Assembly: GCA_963775425.1 (NCBI GenBank)
Contig: CAVZJB010000011.1
Location: 1,024,001-1,088,000, forward strand
Reading direction: 5' to 3'
DNA length: 64,000 bases
DNA from: an uncultured delta proteobacterium
Lineage (GTDB): Bacteria; Myxococcota; UBA727; VGSZ01
Shown: positions 51,875-61,639 of the stretch, one piece after another
How the letters are laid out: each line of letters begins with the position of its first letter
Numbering within the stretch: position 1 is the stretch's first letter
Program-made: the position numbers and the translations under genes
The notes under the pieces: generated by a model
Database searches by the model: none
What the model was told of the DNA's origin: nothing
Seen by the model: only the letters and a program-made list of their open reading frames with translations

Positions 51875-53875
51875 ATGGGCAAGCGACGGAAGGTCCCGGA
51901 GGACGTGGAGCTGTCGAATCCCGGCATGGCCGTGGGCGCCCGCGATCCCGAGCCCATCGAGGCCACGCTCGAGCCGCCCGACGACGACGAAGAGCCCACC
52001 AACACCACCAAGCCCGCGCGCGACACCGTCGTCATCAACGTGCAGGCCAAGGAGACCGAGGGCTCGCAGTACATGCTCGTGCGGCAGGAGCGGCCGCCGC
52101 CGGCCCACCTGCTCGTCTGCATGGGGGCCAACGTCGGGCACCGCTACCCGGTGGGCGATACCGAGGTGGTGATCGGCCAATCCGACCGCTGCGACATCCG
52201 CCTCGACGACGACCGCGTCTCGAGCCGGCACGCCGAGCTGGTTCGCCGGGGTGGCCGCTACCGCATCTACGACCTCGGCTCGTCCAACGGCACGCTGGTG
52301 AACGCGCAGCGCATCGACGAGATCGACCTGCGCGACGGCGACCTCATCCAGGTCGGCTACACGGTGTTCCGCTACGTCAGCGGCGACGCGCTCGACGTGC
52401 CGCGGCCGCAGCAGATGCAGGAGCGACCGCCCCCGGGGCCGCCTGTCTCGGCGGCCACCACCACTTCGCCCATGGCGCAGCACGACCTGCGGATGCCCGG
52501 GCAGGTGCGTGCGCGCGTCCGCGACGACGACGAGGACGTCTCCTTCGACGAGATGCTGTCGCAACTGCGGCGCATCATCGCCTTCTTCTGGCCGTACCGC
52601 TGGGTCATCACCGGGCTCGGTGCGCTCGGCGTGGTCGCCGGCGTCGTGAGCGCCGTCGCGATGCCGCCGCGCGTGGCCGCGTTCTTCGACGTGCGGCTGC
52701 ACAGCAAGGCGAGCGAGAACCCGCTCGAGAAGTTCGAGGCGTCCAACGTCGAGTTCTTCCGCTCCGCCGCCACCACCTTCCGCAGCACCGGCCTCATCAC
52801 CAAGACGCTGGAGGCGCTCGGGGAGAAGGACCCGTCGCCCGCGGAGGTGCAGTCGGTGCAGGACTCGCTCTACTTCGTGAACACGGGCAGCGAACAGTCG
52901 TCGCAGACGTACACGGGCAACTACCGCGGGCCCACCCCGGAGCGGAGCCTCAAGTTCCTGCAGAAGCACGTCGAGCTCTACCTGCAGGGCGAGATCGACA
53001 AGACGCTCAAGATCATCAAGGCCCAGATCGACTTCCTGCAGTCGCAGCTCGACGACAACGAGAAGGAGCTGCGCTCCACCGAGGAGAAGCTCCTCGCGTT
53101 CAAGAAGAAGAACATCGACGGCCTGCCGGACCAGGCGCGCCAGTACTACGACTACCTCTTCGAGCTGCAGAAGAAGGAAGGCGACCTCGAAAACCAGGCC
53201 AGCCGGCTCGAGGCCGAGGCCTCCGTCAACCAGCGGCGCGTGGCGGCGGAGACGCCGATGGTGGAGAGCCGCTCGCTGGCCACGCGGCCGTATCAACAGG
53301 CCATCGTCGAGGTGAACCGCCAGCTCGCGGAGGCGCGCGCCCGCGGCCTCGCGGACTCCCACCCGGACGTCGTCCAGCTCAAGACCAAGCTCAGCGAGCT
53401 GAAGCGCCTCGCCGAGGAGGCGGCCAACGGGACGGACGACACCGAGGTGGAGCGCACCCGCAACCCCAACTACGACTCCGCCGTCGACCGCGTCGGCCTG
53501 CTGCACGCGCAGGCGGCGGCGGCGCGCCAGGAGCGCAAGCGCTTGCTCGAGGACCAGGAGCGGGTCAAGGGCATCGTCGACAAGCTGCCCAAGCTCGAGG
53601 CGGACTACGCGGACCTTACGCGCTCCTACGACGCCACCAAGCAACTGCACACCCGCATCTTCGACCAGCTCAAGACGGCGCAACTGCAGTACGAGCTCGA
53701 AAAGGCGTCGGCGTCGGCGCGGTACGAGATCATCACGGCGCCGCGCCTCGAGTACGTCTCGCAGGTGCGCATCGTCGGCAAGCGCGGCGGCCTGCTCGGC
53801 CTCGTGGGGCTCGCGCTCGGCGCGATGCTCGCCACCGCGCTCCAGATGCGGAAATATCTCCTCCCCCAGGGGTGA
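51875..53875 (+). CDS. FHA domain fused to a Wzc/GumC-like polysaccharide co-polymerase (no kinase domain)
   Basis: FHA: IGQ..CDIRLDDDRVSSRHA..DLGSSNGTLVN..LRDGDLIQVG. Then TM1, long coiled coils with HPDVV, YEIITAP and TM2. Confidence 0.8.
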   Translation: MGKRRKVPEDVELSNPGMAVGARDPEPIEATLEPPDDDEEPTNTTKPARDTVVINVQAKETEGSQYMLVRQERPPPAHLLVCMGANVGHRYPVGDTEVVIGQSDRCDIRLDDDRVSSRHAELVRRGGRYRIYDLGSSNGTLVNAQRIDEIDLRDGDLIQVGYTVFRYVSGDALDVPRPQQMQERPPPGPPVSAATTTSPMAQHDLRMPGQVRARVRDDDEDVSFDEMLSQLRRIIAFFWPYRWVITGLGALGVVAGVVSAVAMPPRVAAFFDVRLHSKASENPLEKFEASNVEFFRSAATTFRSTGLITKTLEALGEKDPSPAEVQSVQDSLYFVNTGSEQSSQTYTGNYRGPTPERSLKFLQKHVELYLQGEIDKTLKIIKAQIDFLQSQLDDNEKELRSTEEKLLAFKKKNIDGLPDQARQYYDYLFELQKKEGDLENQASRLEAEASVNQRRVAAETPMVESRSLATRPYQQAIVEVNRQLAEARARGLADSHPDVVQLKTKLSELKRLAEEAANGTDDTEVERTRNPNYDSAVDRVGLLHAQAAAARQERKRLLEDQERVKGIVDKLPKLEADYADLTRSYDATKQLHTRIFDQLKTAQLQYELEKASASARYEIITAPRLEYVSQVRIVGKRGGLLGLVGLALGAMLATALQMRKYLLPQG

Positions 53876-53947
53876 CGGCGCGGCGCCGCCGGGCCGCGCG
53901 GATCCTCGGGGTTGATCGCCACCACCGGATCGGGCGAACGTGCAGCA

Positions 53948-54298
53948 ATGTTCGCGCAGGAGCACCTCGTCGACGCGCACGGCTGTGACGAACGGCTGTT
54001 GGCCGACGTCGGCGCCATGAGCGCGGTGTGCGCGCGGCTGGTGCGCGACCTCGAGCTCGTCGTCATCGGCGCGCCACAGTGGCATCGCTTCCCGGACACC
54101 AGCGCCGGTCCCGGCGGGACGACCGGGCTGTATCTACTGAGCGAGTCGCACCTCGCGGTGCACACGTGGCCCGAGCACCGGGCGCTCGCGCTCAACGTCT
54201 GCTGTTGTCGGCCGCGCGCGGCCTTCCCGTTCGAGAGCGTCCTCACCGATCTGCTGCGCGCGGAGGGCGTGGTGGTCCGCACCCTGGAGCGCGGGTGA
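53948..54298 (+). CDS. speD: S-adenosylmethionine decarboxylase proenzyme
   Basis: EHLVDA, GG.TGLYLLSESHLAVHTWPE (intact E/S autocleavage site), RTLERG. Confidence 0.9.
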   Translation: MFAQEHLVDAHGCDERLLADVGAMSAVCARLVRDLELVVIGAPQWHRFPDTSAGPGGTTGLYLLSESHLAVHTWPEHRALALNVCCCRPRAAFPFESVLTDLLRAEGVVVRTLERG

Positions 54299-56208
54299 GC
54301 GCCGCCGGCAACTGCCCGGGCTGCGGCGCGCAGCTCGTCTTTCGCGTGGCGACGTCGGTGGTCGCCGTGTGTCCCTATTGCTCTTCGGTGGTCGCCCGCG
54401 GCGACGCAGGCCTGGTCGATCTCGGCAAGACCAACGAGGTGCTCTCGACGGGCTCGGCGCTGGCCATCGGGCGCAAGGCAACGTTCCGGGGACGCGCCTT
54501 CGAGGTCGCCGGCCGCACGCAACTGCGGCACCAGCTCGGCGGCACCTGGGACGAATGGTACCTCGCCTTCGACGACGGACGCTGGGCCTGGCTCGCGGAG
54601 CACCAGGGGCGCTTCGCGCTGACGCTCGAGGCCGATCCGGCGGCCGCGCCGCGCATCGCGTCGCTCGAGGACGCACAGCCGGGCAAGCGCGTCACCTCCA
54701 CCAAGGGCACGCTCGTCGTGTCCGAGCGCGGCGTCGCAGCCGTGGCGGCCGAGGAGGGGGAGCTGCCGTGGCGGGCGGCGCCCCAGGAGCGCCGCGCCTA
54801 CGTCGACCTCTCCGCCCCCGGCGGCTTCTTCGCCACCCTCGACTTCGGCGTGGTCGACGACGACGACAAGCCGCAGGGGCCGCTGCGCTTCTACTGGGGG
54901 CGCGAGGTCTCCCTCGAAGATCTCGGGCTCGCCTCCGCCGCCGTCTCCGAGCCCAAGCTGCGGCAGGCCGGCGGGCGGGCCATCAACTGCCCCAAGTGCA
55001 ACGGCACCCTCGAGCTCAAGAGCGGCGACGCGCAGAGCGTGGGCTGCCCCTACTGCGGCGCTCTCCTCGACGTGAAGGAGAACGGCGAGCTGGCGTTCCT
55101 GTTCGCGCAGTCGCCAAAGAACAAGCCGCACATCCCGCTCGGCAACAAAGCGCACATCGACGCCGCCTTCCATCGGTACGCGCCGGCGGGGTTGGGGATC
55201 GAGCTCGACGTCGAAGTGGTGGCCTTCGTCGTGCGCTCCGTGAAATTCGACGGCTTCCGATACCAGTTCTCCGAGACCCTCCTGTACGACGAGAAGCAGG
55301 GCTTCTTCTGGCTCGTGGAGAGCGACGGACATTGGACGTTCGTGAAGAACGTCCCGGCGGCGGCGCTCTCCAAGACCATGCTCGGAGGCGACGTCCGCTA
55401 CCAGGGCATGCGCTTCCGTGCGTACCAGGACTCCGAGCCGCGCGTGGAGCAGGTGACGGGCGAGCTGTACTGGAAGGTCAACGCGGGTGAGGAGAGCACC
55501 ATGCGCGACTTCATCCGGCCGCCGTTGATGTTGTCGCGCGAGGTGACCGAGGACGAGGTCAACTGGACGCTCGGCTGGTACGTCGACAAGAGCGACGTCG
55601 AACGCGTCTTCGGCGTCACGCTCGACAAGCCGACCGGCGTCGGCGCCAACCAGCCCTCGCCGTACCTCGACGTGCTCAAGCGCGGCTTCCTCCCGATGGT
55701 GGTGGCGGCGGCGCTCTGCCTCGTGGTCGCCGCGGTCATTCCCGTGCGCAAGCTGGCCGATCAGTGGCTCGCGCTCGAGGCGTCGGCGGCCTCGCCCACC
55801 GGCCGCGACCCGGGGCACGCCTTCTCGCTGTCGCCGCTCCAGATCAGGGACCACAGGAACGTGGTCGTCGATCTCCACACGCCGGACCCGGGCTGGTCGT
55901 ACGTCGAGGGCTCCCTCTTCAAGAGCAGCACCGGCGCGCTTCACAAATTCGACGTGGCCCTGCCGGACACCAAGCACCAGGCCACGCGCTTCAGCGCCAT
56001 GTCGAGCGGCGACTACGCCTTGAACCTCAAGGTCTTCCGCTCGAACTACACCACCGCGGGCAACATCCACGTCACCGTCGCCCAGGGGCGGCCGGGCACC
56101 GGCTGGATCCCGCCGCTCGTCCTCCTCCTCCTCGGCGGCTACGCCGTCGCCCTCAGCGGGCACAGCAAGTTCGAGGCGCTTCGCAACGAGAGCTCGACGT
56201 TCCAATGA
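54295..56208 (+). CDS. DUF4178-domain membrane protein with zinc ribbons
   Basis: CPGC/CPYC and CPKC/CPYC ribbons; two DUF4178-like units (GTWDEWYL..WAWL; FSETLLY..FFWLVES..GHW); two C-terminal TMs. Confidence 0.8.
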   Translation: MSAAGNCPGCGAQLVFRVATSVVAVCPYCSSVVARGDAGLVDLGKTNEVLSTGSALAIGRKATFRGRAFEVAGRTQLRHQLGGTWDEWYLAFDDGRWAWLAEHQGRFALTLEADPAAAPRIASLEDAQPGKRVTSTKGTLVVSERGVAAVAAEEGELPWRAAPQERRAYVDLSAPGGFFATLDFGVVDDDDKPQGPLRFYWGREVSLEDLGLASAAVSEPKLRQAGGRAINCPKCNGTLELKSGDAQSVGCPYCGALLDVKENGELAFLFAQSPKNKPHIPLGNKAHIDAAFHRYAPAGLGIELDVEVVAFVVRSVKFDGFRYQFSETLLYDEKQGFFWLVESDGHWTFVKNVPAAALSKTMLGGDVRYQGMRFRAYQDSEPRVEQVTGELYWKVNAGEESTMRDFIRPPLMLSREVTEDEVNWTLGWYVDKSDVERVFGVTLDKPTGVGANQPSPYLDVLKRGFLPMVVAAALCLVVAAVIPVRKLADQWLALEASAASPTGRDPGHAFSLSPLQIRDHRNVVVDLHTPDPGWSYVEGSLFKSSTGALHKFDVALPDTKHQATRFSAMSSGDYALNLKVFRSNYTTAGNIHVTVAQGRPGTGWIPPLVLLLLGGYAVALSGHSKFEALRNESSTFQ

Positions 56209-56426
56209 AGCGCTTCTTCTCCACGCGCCCCATGAGGGTCTTCACCGCGTACGCCGGCGTCGTCGCAGGCGGCATGTTGTTCCTGCTCATCAGCGGCACG
56301 GAGGCGTGCCCCGGCCGCCTCGACAGAGACCCCGCGTTCGCCCCTCCCGTCGCCAGCTCCGGCGGCTACAGCGGTGGCCGACACGTCTGGTCCACCGGGG
56401 GCAGCGGCTGGGGCTTCGGCAAGTAG
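56205..56426 (+). CDS. Small membrane protein with Gly-rich tail
   Basis: ATGA-coupled; one TM; ends GGSGWGFGK. Confidence 0.6.
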   Translation: MKRFFSTRPMRVFTAYAGVVAGGMLFLLISGTEACPGRLDRDPAFAPPVASSGGYSGGRHVWSTGGSGWGFGK

Positions 56427-56460
56427 AAACAACCTCTCGCACGAACCAGAAGGAAAGCGC

Positions 56461-56682
56461 ATGGACATCCTCGAGCAGCTCGGCAGGCAGTTCCTGATCA
56501 CGCTCGCGTACACGGTGATGGGCCTCGCGGCCTTCGGCGTCGCCTTCGCCGTCATCGTTCGCGTGACACCCTTCTCCATCAAGAAGGAGATCGAGGACGA
56601 CCAGAACGTCGCGTTCGGCATCGTCATCGCGTCCGTGATCATCGGCATCGCGATGATCGTGGCGGCTACCGTGCATGGTTGA
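56461..56682 (+). CDS. DUF350-family membrane protein
   Basis: TM, VTPFSIKKEIEDDQNVAFGI, TM; AAGGA RBS. Confidence 0.85.
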   Translation: MDILEQLGRQFLITLAYTVMGLAAFGVAFAVIVRVTPFSIKKEIEDDQNVAFGIVIASVIIGIAMIVAATVHG

Positions 56683-58204
56683 CGGCAAGCGGCGGGCCGT
56701 ACCGCTGCTGTTCCTGAACGTCCTCCTGATCGCCGTGTGCGGTCTCGTCTACGAGCTCCTCGCGGGCACGGTGGCGAGCTACCTCCTCGGCGACAGCGTC
56801 ACGCAGTTCTCGCTCGTCATCGGCGTCTACCTCTCGGCCATGGGCGTGGGCGCGTGGTTGTCGCGCTACCTCGACAAGAGCCTCGGCCGCCGCTTCGTCG
56901 ACGTGCAGCTCGCGGTGGCGCTCGTCGGCGGGCTGTCGGCGCCGTTGTTGTTCCTCGCCTTCGGCCGCTCCCACGCCTTTCGCATGGTGCTGTTCCTCGA
57001 CGTGTTCTCCATCGGGGTGCTCGTCGGCCTCGAGCTGCCGCTTTTGATGCGTATCCTCGAGCGCGACCTCGAGCTCAAGGAGCTCGTCGCCCGCGTGCTC
57101 ACGTTCGACTACCTCGGCGCGCTCTTCGCCTCGCTCCTGTTTCCCCTCTTCCTGGTTCCGCACCTCGGGTTGGTGCGCACGTCGTTGGCCATCGGGCTGG
57201 TGAACGCCGGCGTCGGCCTGTGGGCCACGTCGCTGCTCGCGGAGCAAGTGGGCCCGCGGCAGGCCGGCTTGCGCGCGCGGGCGGTGGTGGTGGCGGCGTT
57301 GTTGGTGGCGGGTCTGGTGAAGGCGGACACGCTGTCGCACCTCGCCGACGAGCAGCTCTACTCGGACGCCGTCGTCTACGAGAAGACCACGCCGTATCAG
57401 CGCATCGTGATGACGCAGGGCCGGCAGGGGTTCTCGCTGTTCTTGAACGGCAACCTGCAGTTCGCGAGCGCCGACGAGTACCGCTACCACGAGTCGCTGG
57501 TGCACCCGGCGTTCGCCTCGGTGAGCGACGCCCACGACGTCCTGGTGCTCGGCGGCGGCGACGGCCTCGCCTTGCGCGAGATCTTCAAGCACCCGTCGGT
57601 GCAGCGCGTGACGCTCGTGGATCTCGACCCGGCGATGACGGGGCTGTCCCAGGCGTTTCCGCCGCTCGCGGAGCTCAACCACCACAGCTTCGACGACCCA
57701 CGTCTCACCGTGGTGCACGACGACGCGCTGGTGTGGCTCGAGGATCGCCCCCCGGATGCGCCGAAGTTCGACGTTGCCATCGTCGACTTCCCCGACCCCA
57801 ACCACTACGGCCTCGGCAAGCTCTACACGCGTCGCTTCTACGCGCTCTTGTCGCGTGTCCTCGCCGACGACGGCTGCGCCAGCGTGCAGGCCACGTCGCC
57901 CTTGTTCGTGCGCAAGAGCTACTGGACGGTGGTGACCACGGTGGAGGCCGCGGGCTTCTCGGTCCACCCGTACCAGGCCACGGTGCCCTCCTTCGGCGTG
58001 TGGGGCTTCGCGCTCGCGAAGAAGCACCCGTTCCCCGTCCCGCTGCACGCGCCGTCGGGCCTGCGCTTCCTCGACGACGGCGCCCTGGCGGCGATGTTCG
58101 TGTTCCCTGCGGACATGTCGCGCGTGGACGCCGAGGTGAACCGCCTCGACAACCAGGCGCTCGTCACCGTGTACGAAGCAGAGTCCGCGCGATGGGAGCG
58201 CTGA
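56675..58204 (+). CDS. speE: Membrane-fused polyamine aminopropyltransferase
   Basis: N-terminal multi-TM domain (CGLVYEL, GLELPLL, DYLGAL); DEYRYHESL, VLVLGGGDG, VDLDP, IVDFPDP. Confidence 0.9.
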   Translation: MVDGKRRAVPLLFLNVLLIAVCGLVYELLAGTVASYLLGDSVTQFSLVIGVYLSAMGVGAWLSRYLDKSLGRRFVDVQLAVALVGGLSAPLLFLAFGRSHAFRMVLFLDVFSIGVLVGLELPLLMRILERDLELKELVARVLTFDYLGALFASLLFPLFLVPHLGLVRTSLAIGLVNAGVGLWATSLLAEQVGPRQAGLRARAVVVAALLVAGLVKADTLSHLADEQLYSDAVVYEKTTPYQRIVMTQGRQGFSLFLNGNLQFASADEYRYHESLVHPAFASVSDAHDVLVLGGGDGLALREIFKHPSVQRVTLVDLDPAMTGLSQAFPPLAELNHHSFDDPRLTVVHDDALVWLEDRPPDAPKFDVAIVDFPDPNHYGLGKLYTRRFYALLSRVLADDGCASVQATSPLFVRKSYWTVVTTVEAAGFSVHPYQATVPSFGVWGFALAKKHPFPVPLHAPSGLRFLDDGALAAMFVFPADMSRVDAEVNRLDNQALVTVYEAESARWER

Positions 58205-58286
58205 CGCCGCGGCCCCTCGTCCGCTTTAGCGGCCCGCGCGGGCGCGTCGCGGGGCGGCGGCGTGTCCGCCGCCGGGGGCCGCGCTC

Positions 58287-59997
58287 ATGAACGGCGCCAC
58301 GCGCCGCGACGTGCTTCGCTACGCCCTTGGCGCGCCTTGGTTCCTGGCGGCCTGTGAGGCAGGCGCCGGCGCGCGCGTGCCCGACGGCGAGCTGCTCGAA
58401 TCCAGGGATGTCGCTCGGTCACGCGTTGCGCGACGGGGTGCCGCCGTCGCCGTCGGCGCTTCCGCCGCCGGCGGAGCTCGCGCGCGTCGTCATCGCCGGC
58501 GCCGGCGTCGCGGGTCTCGCGTGCGCGCGGGAGCTGCGGCGGTCGGGCGTCGACGGCGTTCGCATCTTCGAGATCGCCGGCGCCGCCGGGGGCACCGCGC
58601 GCGGCGGCAAGAGCCCGCTCACGCGCTACCCCTGGGGCGCGCACTACATCACGGCGCCGATGCGCGAGAACACGGACCTCGTCGCGTTCCTCGACGACCT
58701 CGGCCTGTTCGACGCTCCGGCAGCAGGCGCGGGCGCCGGCCACGCGACACCCGATGTGGGGCGCGCCCGTGCGGCGCGCGCGGATCGGGACCCCGTGCCT
58801 CGCGAGGAGATCGCGTGCCGCGCGCCGGAGGAGCGGATCTTCTTTCGCGGGCGGTTCTACTCCGGGCTGTATCTGCGCGAGGGCGCCACGTCCGACGACC
58901 TCGCGCAGCTCGCGCGCTTCGGTGAGATCCTCGGCGCGCTCTCCGGGCTCGTCGACGGAGGTGGGCGCGCTTTCGCGATCCCGCGGGAGCGCGAGAGCGC
59001 CGGCTTCGCCGCCCTGCGTCGCGCGCTCGACGGCGTGAGCTTCGCCGCGTGGCTCGACGCCCAGCGCTTCACCTCATGGCGTCTGCGCTGGCTGTGCGAC
59101 TACGCCTGCCGCGACGACTACGGCCTCACGCTCGAGACCACGAGCGCATACGCGGGCCTCTTCTACTTCTGCTCGCGCCGCCGCGCCGCGGAGGCGCAAG
59201 AGCGCCCGGTGATGACCTGGCCTCAGGGAAACGCGTTCCTCGTCGACGCGCTGCGGACGCAGGCGGGCGCGACGGGGCCGGCCTCGCCCACGCCGGTGGC
59301 CCTCGATGACGCCGTCCTCAACGTGGTGCCGGCGGGCGACGCCGTCGACGTGGTGGTCCGCGACAAGGCCGGCCATGTGCGCGTAGTGCGCGCCGAGCAC
59401 GTCGTCCTCGCCGTGCCCCGCTTCATCGCCGCGCGCGTGGCGGCCCCGCTCCGCGAGCGCCCGCGCGACGTCGTGACAGACGAGCTGCGCCGCTTCGACA
59501 CCACGCCGTGGGTGGTGTGCAACCTTCATCTGCGCGAGCACCCGAAGAGCCGCGGCTTTCCGCTGGCGTGGGACACGGTGTTCCTCGAGAGCAAGAGCCT
59601 CGGCTACGTCACCGCCACCCACCAGCGCGGCGCCGACATCGGCCCCACGGTGCTCACCTGGTATATGCCGCTCGTCGAGGGAACGCCCGCGGACGCCCGG
59701 CGCAAGCTCGTTTCACTCTCGCGCGCCGAGTGGGCCGAAGCCGCCGTCTCCGACATCGCCATCGCGCACCCCGGCGCGCGCAACCTCGTCGAGCGCGTCG
59801 ACGTCTGCCGCTGGGGCCACGCCATGATTCGCCCGGAGGTCGGCCTGTTTTCCTCGGGCGTCCTCGAGAGCGCGCAGCGGCCGACGGGCCGCATCCACTT
59901 CGCGCACACGGACCTCTCGGGGGTGGCGCTCTTCGAGGAGGCGTTCTTTCACGGCGTGCGCGCGGCCCGCGAGATCGTCGCGGCGAGGTCGGCGTGA
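58287..59997 (+). CDS. Tat-exported FAD-dependent oxidoreductase (amine oxidase-like); one-base insertion near 58400
   Basis: TRRDVL..FLAAC leader; removing one A joins it to IAGAGVAGL, PWGAHY, CRDDYG, RWGHAM, FAHTDLSG..FEEA. Confidence 0.85.
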
Positions 59998-61055
59998 CCG
60001 GCACCGACGGCGAGCGGGCGCCGTGGTTGTTCTCCCGGAACCTCGACGTCGCCGCGTTCGGCGGCAGCGCACTCCTGTCGCTCGCGCTCGTGGCCGTGGG
60101 CGTCCCGCTCGGCATCGTGGACAAGGACACGCCCGAGTGGACGTGGATCGCCACCGTGCTGCTCGTCGACGTCGCGCACGTGTGGGGCTCGATCCTCCTC
60201 GTGTACACGGATCCGCAGGAGCTGCAGCGCCGCCCGCTGCTCTACGGCCTCGTGCCGGTGCTGTGTTACGGCCTCGGCGTCGCCGTCTGCACCGAGAGCA
60301 GCGCGTGGTTCTGGCGCGCGCTCGCGTACCTGGCGGTGCTTCACTTCGTGCGGCAGCAAACGGGGTGGGTGAAGCTCTACCGCGCCCGCGCCCGCGACGA
60401 CGGCGGCGCCTTCATCGACCTCGGTGCCACCTACGCCGCCACGCTCGGTCCCCTCGTGTGGTGGCATGCGCACCTGCCGACGTCGTTTCAGTGGTTCGTC
60501 GACGGGGACTTCGTTTGCGGCCTCCCCGCGGTGTGCGGCACCGTCGCCCTCGTCGTGGAGGCGGCGTTCCTCGTTGCCTACGGCGTCCGCGCCGCGCGGT
60601 CGTGGGCGCGCGGCCGCGGAAACCCGGGCAAGGACCTCGTCGTCGTGACCACGGCCCTTCTGTGGTGGCTCGGCATCGTCGCGCTCGGCTCCGACTACGC
60701 CTTCACCGTCACCAACGTCCTCATCCACGGCATCCCCTACGCGTTCCTCATCGCGTGGACGGCCCGGCGCCGCCGCGAGCAAGGGCTCTCGGTCGCGTTT
60801 CCGCTGCGGCACGCGGTCGTCGTCCTGGTGCTCGCGCTGTGGACGTGCGCGTTCTTCGAAGAGGGCTTGTGGGATCGACTGGTGTGGCACGAGCGCCCTT
60901 GGTTGTTCCCCGGTGCCGCCGTCGACCTCGAAGACCTGCGCGCGTACGTGGTCCCGTTGCTCGCGCTCCCGCAGCTCGTGCACTACGTCCTCGACGGCTT
61001 CTTGTGGAAGCGCCGTGACAACAAGGTGCTCGCGTCCGCCGTGTCGGCGCCCTGA
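59994..61055 (+). CDS. Hypothetical polytopic membrane protein with His motifs
   Basis: DVAHVW, LHFVRQQ.GW, IHGIPY, HYVLDGFLWK; about 8 TMs; GTGA coupling. Confidence 0.75.
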   Translation: MTGTDGERAPWLFSRNLDVAAFGGSALLSLALVAVGVPLGIVDKDTPEWTWIATVLLVDVAHVWGSILLVYTDPQELQRRPLLYGLVPVLCYGLGVAVCTESSAWFWRALAYLAVLHFVRQQTGWVKLYRARARDDGGAFIDLGATYAATLGPLVWWHAHLPTSFQWFVDGDFVCGLPAVCGTVALVVEAAFLVAYGVRAARSWARGRGNPGKDLVVVTTALLWWLGIVALGSDYAFTVTNVLIHGIPYAFLIAWTARRRREQGLSVAFPLRHAVVVLVLALWTCAFFEEGLWDRLVWHERPWLFPGAAVDLEDLRAYVVPLLALPQLVHYVLDGFLWKRRDNKVLASAVSAP

Positions 61056-61061
61056 AGCTCA

Positions 61062-61533
61062 GAGGCTGGCGCGTAACGTGATCCATCGGGATCCGCGTCA
61101 TCGAGAGCGCCGCGAGTGGCGACGAGGGCTCCGAGCCACCCGGAAGGGGACGGTGCTACGGCCACACGGCGGAGCGGAAAGGAGCTCCGGCGGTGGCGAC
61201 GTTGTCTCGCCTTCGCTGATTCCGAGCGCCCAAGCTGAAGACCCAGGCCGTGGACGACCTCATCGGCCCCGAGCACCCGGCTCGCCTGATCGACCGCGTG
61301 ATCGGTGGGCTCGACCTCGACACTACGTAGGGGGCAGCGAAGGTGACGACGGTCGCCCTGATGGCAGCCGTGGCCTTCAACCTGCTGCAGAACCTCGCGA
61401 AGCTCACCGCCTGAAGTCCGCGCCGACGTCGCATCGAGGCACGTCGGCGCGCACACGACCCGCACGAACCCGCCACGTGCGCTGATAGCGGGATCACAAC
61501 ACCGCTCGGACCCGCCGTTTCCTCACAACCTGC
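61062..61533 (+). mobile_element. Internally deleted IS1182-family-like remnant
   Basis: VDDLIGPEHPARLIDRVIGGLDL (DUF772-like N-terminus) is joined through a TAG to GAAKVTTVALMAAVAFNLL (DDE C-terminus); imperfect terminal IRs GAGGCTG.. / ..CTCACAACCTG. Confidence 0.6.
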
Positions 61534-61639
61534 AGCGGCTCTTGCGCGCCGACGTGCCTCGCCACGTACTCCGCGCGGCGAGCCACCTTGTGGGCGGCTT
61601 CGCCGAGTGCTGCTACGAGCCCTATTTTTCGTCAGCCTT

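Noticed and set aside
58208-58283. GC-rich inverted repeat between speE and the oxidase as an ncRNA or riboswitch
   Set aside because: Almost entirely G/C, so pairing is expected by chance; no recognisable RNA family motif.
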